In this document: positions 59,392 to 64,000 of the stretch, piece by piece
Position numbering within the stretch: the stretch's first letter is position 1
Layout of the letters: each line of letters starts with the position of its first letter
Assembly (NCBI GenBank): GCA_964435375.1
Contig: CAYSYK010000004.1
Location: 3,954 to 67,953 of the forward strand
Direction: 5' to 3'
Source of the DNA: an uncultured Oscillospiraceae bacterium
GTDB lineage: Bacteria; Bacillota; Clostridia; Oscillospirales; Oscillospiraceae
Length of the DNA: 64,000 bases
Translations under genes and position numbers: made by a program
The notes under the pieces: generated by a model
Database searches by the model: none
Told to the model about the DNA's origin: nothing
Seen by the model: the letters and a program-made list of their open reading frames with translations, nothing else

Positions 59392-60744
59392 TTATTCCAG
59401 AATGATCGGCCCGCTGTTTTCCTGCAACTGCCGGCGGATGAGTGTTGCCGCATCCTCGGCGCTGAGCGTGACCTGTTCACCCGTTTTCATGTTTTTGACG
59501 GAGCAGGCGTTTACGGCGATCTCATCCTCGCCGAGCAAAACGGCGAAGGGGACACCCAGCTTGTCCGCGTACGACATTTTTTGCTTAAACTTTTTCTGCT
59601 CGCCGTAGAGCTGTACGCGCAGACCCGCATCGCGCAGTGTTCCGGCCAAGGACACGGCCGCCGCGATGTTCTGCGTCATGGGCAGAACCAGCACGTCCGC
59701 AGGCGCGGCGGGCAGCTCGGAATTCAGAAGTCCCTGCTCGTCGAGCACGTAGAACAGTCTGGTCAGGCCGATGGAAATGCCAACGCCGGGCAGAGGCTTA
59801 TCAATATAGTATCCGGCGAGGTTGTCGTATCGGCCGCCGGAGCAGACCGAGCCGATCTCGGGATGGTCGAGCAGGGTGGTTTCGTACACGGTGCCCGTGT
59901 AGTAGTCCAGACCGCGGGCGATGGTCAGATCGACGGCAAAATTCGCCTCCGGAACGCCGAATGCGCTCAGGTTTTCGGTGACGGCTTTCAGCTCGGCCAG
60001 ACCGGTGTCGAACAGTTCGTTTTTCCCGGAATATGCCTCCAGCGCGGACAAAACGTCGGCATTCGTGCCGGAAATGGCGATGAATTTCAGAATTTCTTCC
60101 GCTTTTTCGGGCGCGATGCCGCATTCCTCAACGAGAAGGCCGTGCACCTTTTGCGCGCCGATCTTGTCGAGCTTGTCCACGGTACGCATGATGTCGCCGC
60201 TCTTTTCCGACAGCTCCGTCATGGCGTAGAAACCGTTGAGAATTTTGCGGTTGTTCACCCGAATTTGGAAACGGGTCAGGCCGAAGCCGCGGAATACCTT
60301 ATAGATGATGGCGGGGATCTCCGCCTCGTTGAGAATATCCAGCTTGCCGTCGCCGATGATGTCGATGTCGGCCTGATAAAATTCACGGAAACGGCCGCGC
60401 TGGGCGCGTTCGCCGCGATAGACCTTGCCGATCTGGAAGCGGCGGAAGGGGAAGGCCAGATCATTGTAGTGCAGGGCGACATATTTTGCCAGCGGGACGG
60501 TTAGATCAAAGCGCAACGCCAGATCGCTGTCGCCTTTGGAAAAGCGGTAGATCTGCTTTTCGGTCTCGCCGCCGCCTTTGGCGAGCAGAATCTGCGCATC
60601 TTCGATGATCGGCGTGTCCAGCGGCGCAAAGCCGTAGGAGGCGTAGGTCGTCCTGAGAATTTCCGCCATTTTCTCGAATTTTACCTGCTTGGCGGGCAGC
60701 AATTCCATAAAACCGGACAGAGTCCGCGGTTTGATAATGTCCAT
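59392..60744 (-). CDS. hisS: Histidine--tRNA ligase
   Basis: LRFDLTVP, YRGERAQRGRFREFYQ, RGLDYYTG, GGRYD and IGLTR. Confidence 0.96.
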   Translation of the reverse strand: MDIIKPRTLSGFMELLPAKQVKFEKMAEILRTTYASYGFAPLDTPIIEDAQILLAKGGGETEKQIYRFSKGDSDLALRFDLTVPLAKYVALHYNDLAFPFRRFQIGKVYRGERAQRGRFREFYQADIDIIGDGKLDILNEAEIPAIIYKVFRGFGLTRFQIRVNNRKILNGFYAMTELSEKSGDIMRTVDKLDKIGAQKVHGLLVEECGIAPEKAEEILKFIAISGTNADVLSALEAYSGKNELFDTGLAELKAVTENLSAFGVPEANFAVDLTIARGLDYYTGTVYETTLLDHPEIGSVCSGGRYDNLAGYYIDKPLPGVGISIGLTRLFYVLDEQGLLNSELPAAPADVLVLPMTQNIAAAVSLAGTLRDAGLRVQLYGEQKKFKQKMSYADKLGVPFAVLLGEDEIAVNACSVKNMKTGEQVTLSAEDAATLIRRQLQENSGPIILE

Positions 60745-60765
60745 GTTTGTCCTCCGGAGGGAAAA

Positions 60766-61179
60766 TCAGTATCTCGTTTTGTTGTGCAGCATTTCGCGCC
60801 AATCCAAATCGCCGCGCTGCAGACCCATGATGAGCATTTCCGCGGAGGCCAGATTGGTGGCAACGGGGACATTGTGCTTGTCGCAATGGCGAATGGTCTC
60901 CACCATCTGACTGTCGTCCCAAGCGTCGGTGGAGTTCGGATCCGTGAACATCATCACGAGGTCGATCTCGTTGTAAGCGATGCGGGCGTTGATTTGCTGA
61001 TGGCCGCCCTGCTTGTGCGAAAGCAGCAGCGTGATGGGCAGACCCGTATTGTCCGCGATCAGGCGGCCGGTGGTGGCGGTGGCAAACAGATTGTGCTTCA
61101 TCAGAACGCTTTTGTAAGCGGTGCAGAACTGAACCATCAGCTCTTTTTTCTTATCGTGAGCAAGAAATGCAATATTCAT
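60766..61179 (-). CDS. mgsA: Methylglyoxal synthase-like protein with degenerate active site
   Basis: AHDKKK, ATATTG and PVATN retained, but GGDQQ reads GGHQQ and PHxxD is absent. Start moved to 61179. Confidence 0.8.
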   Translation of the reverse strand: MNIAFLAHDKKKELMVQFCTAYKSVLMKHNLFATATTGRLIADNTGLPITLLLSHKQGGHQQINARIAYNEIDLVMMFTDPNSTDAWDDSQMVETIRHCDKHNVPVATNLASAEMLIMGLQRGDLDWREMLHNKTRY

Positions 61180-61208
61180 CGTGATTCTCCCTTTCTTGAA
61201 TGGTCGGA

Positions 61209-61937
61209 TTATAACGGGATCGCGTGTCCCTGTATTCTTTTGGCGATGCGCTTGCACGCGGCGGCTGCGCCGAGGCGCGTATATTGCAGAAGCGGCTTTC
61301 CGTGTGCCGCGGCAAGGCTGATGTTGGGGTCGGTCGGGACAATGCCCAGAAGCGGCAGGCCGATGGTGTCCATCACGTCGTCGATGTTTTTGTCCATGGC
61401 TTTCAGAAGGTCGCGGTATACGCGATTGACGATCAGGCGGACGTTTTTAATCTCCAGCTTTTCCAGCTCCTGCGCCGCACGTTCAACACTGCGGATGGAG
61501 GCCGGATCCGGGAGCGTGACCATGATGCAGCGGTCAGCGGCGGTCGCCGCAAAGCGCATACCGTCCCCGAGGCCGGACGGGCCGTCGATCAGGACGAAAT
61601 CAAAGTCGTGTCGCGCCTGCTGCAGCAGTGCGGCGAAGCTGACCGGGGAAATGTCGACCGCGTCGGCATGAATGGGCGCTGTGAGAAAGGAAAGCGCGGG
61701 GTAGGCGGGATGAACAGGCGCGGCGTGCAGGGGATAGTCCCCGCGGCAGATGTCGGCAAAGCTGAGCGCGTCCTGCTCGGAAATGCCGAGAAACACATCC
61801 AGATTGCGCAATCCGACGTCCGCATCTATGCATAGCACGCGTCGGCCGTCCGACACGAGTGCCGTGGCGACGGCGGCGCATACGGACGATTTCCCCGTGC
61901 CGCCTTTGCCGGAAAGAAATGCAATCACTTCACCCAA
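61209..61937 (-). CDS. minD: MinD-family P-loop ATPase lacking the C-terminal membrane-targeting helix
   Basis: SGKGGTGKS deviant Walker A, DADVGLRNLD, DGPSG and LIVNR; ends GHAIPL. TTG start at 61937 after GGAGGT. Confidence 0.8.
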   Translation of the reverse strand: MGEVIAFLSGKGGTGKSSVCAAVATALVSDGRRVLCIDADVGLRNLDVFLGISEQDALSFADICRGDYPLHAAPVHPAYPALSFLTAPIHADAVDISPVSFAALLQQARHDFDFVLIDGPSGLGDGMRFAATAADRCIMVTLPDPASIRSVERAAQELEKLEIKNVRLIVNRVYRDLLKAMDKNIDDVMDTIGLPLLGIVPTDPNISLAAAHGKPLLQYTRLGAAAACKRIAKRIQGHAIPL

Positions 61938-61961
61938 ATGCCACACCTCCCATTGTCAATT

Positions 61962-61997
61962 TTGCTTTATTATAAAGCAATAACGCACAAATTGCAA
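61962..61997 (-). promoter_or_regulatory. sigma-A promoter of minD overlapped by a palindrome
   Basis: TTGCAA (61997-61992), 17 bp, TATAAT (61974-61969); TTGCTTTAT-T-ATAAAGCAA at 61962-61980. Confidence 0.7.
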
Positions 61998-62105
61998 GTA
62001 GATTTCGCACATTTTCCGTGAATTTTTTATCATTTTATACAAAAAACATCCCTTCAAAGCGAAAATCTCCGAAAAATTTTCGTCCGCGGAAGAAAATCGT
62101 TTGTC

Positions 62106-62134
62106 TGGACAATCCATAGGGAATCTGTTATAAT
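62106..62134 (+). promoter_or_regulatory. sigma-A promoter of the CotH-family gene
   Basis: TGGACA-17-TATAAT with extended TG. Confidence 0.7.
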
Positions 62135-62161
62135 ACGGAAAAAGGAAAAAGGAGACGCTCT

Positions 62162-63997
62162 ATGCGATATGTTTTGAAAGCAACGGCGTTGCTTTTGCTA
62201 GCTTGCTTGCTTTGCGGCTGTACCTTACTGCCGGGAGCGCTCGGCACCGGCACAAGTTCCGACGGCCTACCCTCGGCCTCCCAGACCGACTTCAAACCCG
62301 ACCCGACAGGCGGCAACGATATGCCGGGCGACGCACTTTCGGAGGAAATGCTCTATCGCAACCTGTTCGATTTCAACTGCAAGGTGGAACTGCGCTTGGA
62401 TATGGACGAAAAGCAGCTTGCCGCCATGCAGCGCGATTACGAAGCTTACGGCAACCGCGGCTCCAAATCGCCCATTTATCGTATGGCCGATCTGCACGTG
62501 ACCCTTACGACCCCGGACGGAAACGTCTACCGTTACACCGTCGAGCAGGTGGGCGTGCGGATGAAAGGCAATACCTCCCGCACGAGCTTTTACAGCGCGT
62601 CGGGCGGAATTTATAATCTAATCCACTTGAAACTCAGCTTCCAAGAAACCTTCGACAAGGAAGCGTACTACGGCACCGATGCCCTCGTCTGGGAAAACGA
62701 CGAAAGCCGCAAGGCGCGCAAAGAGCGCACCTTTGCCACGCTGGAAAAAATGGACATCCGCTGGAACAAATGCAACGACGCGACCTACATCCGCGAGTAT
62801 TACGCCTTTGAAATGTACCGCGCCAACGGCGTGCTTGCGCCGCGTACCAACCTTGCAAGCGTGGATTGGGCGGGATACCACTGCGGCGTTTACACCATTT
62901 ATGAACCTGTGGACAAAATTTTCTTGGAACGCAATTTGCCGACGGAAAAGCAGGGCGGCGACCTGTATAAGCTGGGCTGGACATCGGTCGGCGCGAATTT
63001 CACGAGCGAGAATTCAATCGGTGTCGAGAATGAGGACGACGGCCTCTTCTTCACCTATGACCTGAAAACCAATAAGAAAAAATCCGACCACGCCGCGCTC
63101 CGGCAGTTTATTCAGACGCTCAACGGCGGCGGGGTGACCAAGCAGACCCTGCAGAATCTTGTCGATATGGATTCTTTCCTGTCGTTTGCGGCCGTGTCCT
63201 ATTTCTTGGGAAATCCCGACGATTTGCGCAACAATTACAACAATTGCTACGTCTATTTCCCGCCGGAGGGCGGCTGCCTGTTCATCCCCACGGATTACGA
63301 CCGCTGTCTGGGTCTGACCTACGAATGGGACCCGACCGGCGACGGCGTGACCTCGGACGGCCCCTTTACCCTGCACCTTGCGGCCAACGGCGAACCGCAG
63401 AGCAGTCCGCTGTTTTTGTACACCGTCTGTCAGGGCGGATTTTATGTCGAAGAATATACGCACAGATTGCGGCAGATTGCCGCGTCGCAATGGATGACGC
63501 TTTCCAACTACCAATCGCTGTTCGACAAGGCAAAATCCCGCTACGGCAACCTCTGCACCCCCGATCCGCGCTTTTCCAATGCCGCCGCCCGCCGCAACGC
63601 CATGACCATGGACGGCTCGGACGGCAATTGGACGATCGAGGCGTATTTCAGCGAAAAACTGGCAACATTCGAGCGCGCCATGCGCGGCGAATTGCCGTCC
63701 GAGCAGCTCCCGTCCGTCGGCGTGTATATCCGCGCGGAATTTACGAACTGGGACATGCTGCCCGAATATCGGATGGAAGAAACGGACGATGGCCTTTACC
63801 GCCTCACGATTCCCGGCGGCGCGCAGTTCAAGGTCTATGACGAGCAAAGCGGTGCATGGTACGGCACGGAAGCGCTGAGCGAGAACACAAGCGTGTGGTG
63901 GGGTTCGGGCGAGTACGGCAACATCATCCTGTCGGAAGGAACGTATCAGGTCGTGTTTGACCCTGCCGCGCGAACCGTCACCGTGACGGAAGCGTAA
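62162..63997 (+). CDS. CotH kinase family lipoprotein with C-terminal beta-sandwich-like domain
   Basis: Lipobox LLCG-C; GVRMKGNTSR, IREY, GVYTIYE, DDLRNNYNN and IPTDYD resemble CotH motifs; C-terminal IRAEFTNWD...FKVYD domain. Confidence 0.75.
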   Translation: MRYVLKATALLLLACLLCGCTLLPGALGTGTSSDGLPSASQTDFKPDPTGGNDMPGDALSEEMLYRNLFDFNCKVELRLDMDEKQLAAMQRDYEAYGNRGSKSPIYRMADLHVTLTTPDGNVYRYTVEQVGVRMKGNTSRTSFYSASGGIYNLIHLKLSFQETFDKEAYYGTDALVWENDESRKARKERTFATLEKMDIRWNKCNDATYIREYYAFEMYRANGVLAPRTNLASVDWAGYHCGVYTIYEPVDKIFLERNLPTEKQGGDLYKLGWTSVGANFTSENSIGVENEDDGLFFTYDLKTNKKKSDHAALRQFIQTLNGGGVTKQTLQNLVDMDSFLSFAAVSYFLGNPDDLRNNYNNCYVYFPPEGGCLFIPTDYDRCLGLTYEWDPTGDGVTSDGPFTLHLAANGEPQSSPLFLYTVCQGGFYVEEYTHRLRQIAASQWMTLSNYQSLFDKAKSRYGNLCTPDPRFSNAAARRNAMTMDGSDGNWTIEAYFSEKLATFERAMRGELPSEQLPSVGVYIRAEFTNWDMLPEYRMEETDDGLYRLTIPGGAQFKVYDEQSGAWYGTEALSENTSVWWGSGEYGNIILSEGTYQVVFDPAARTVTVTEA

Positions 63998-64000
63998 CTA

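Overview
GC-rich Bacillota (Clostridia, Oscillospiraceae-like) chromosomal window in three parts. (1) 1-27015: a 6-deoxyhexose (L-fucose/L-rhamnose) utilisation locus. A leftward araC-fucA-fucU-fucI block diverges from a ~24.4 kb rightward block encoding five lipoproteins, a CUT1 ABC importer, a Gfo/Idh/MocA oxidoreductase, four cytoplasmic glycoside-hydrolase-like proteins (GH78-, GH95-, GH106-like and one unclassified) and rhaA-rhaD. Two lipoproteins are modular His/Cys-helix-beta-domain paralogues, and the first permease carries a ~475-aa extracellular propeller-like domain. (2) 27109-48292: housekeeping genes (recG, cca, acyl-CoA ligase, plsC-like, glyQS, guaB, pdaA, tldD/E, rsmG, PflX-like radical SAM, rlmD), with a mosaic REP-like repeat family in three intergenic regions and an AT-rich scar at the rlmD 3' end. 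(3) 48482-64000: a rearranged replication-origin region (dnaA-oriC-dnaN-yaaA-recF-gyrB-esterase-gyrA-rnhA-remB), preceded by minD-mgsA-hisS-dCMP deaminase instead of rpmH/rnpA, then a CotH-family lipoprotein. The best leads are the surface glycan-capture/propeller-permease system, a tail-less MinD paired with an apparently catalytically dead MgsA, and DnaA domain IV changes matching non-canonical oriC boxes. No CRISPR array, tRNA, rRNA or intact mobile element was seen. Family calls rest on motif recognition and remembered reference sequences; no database search was run.
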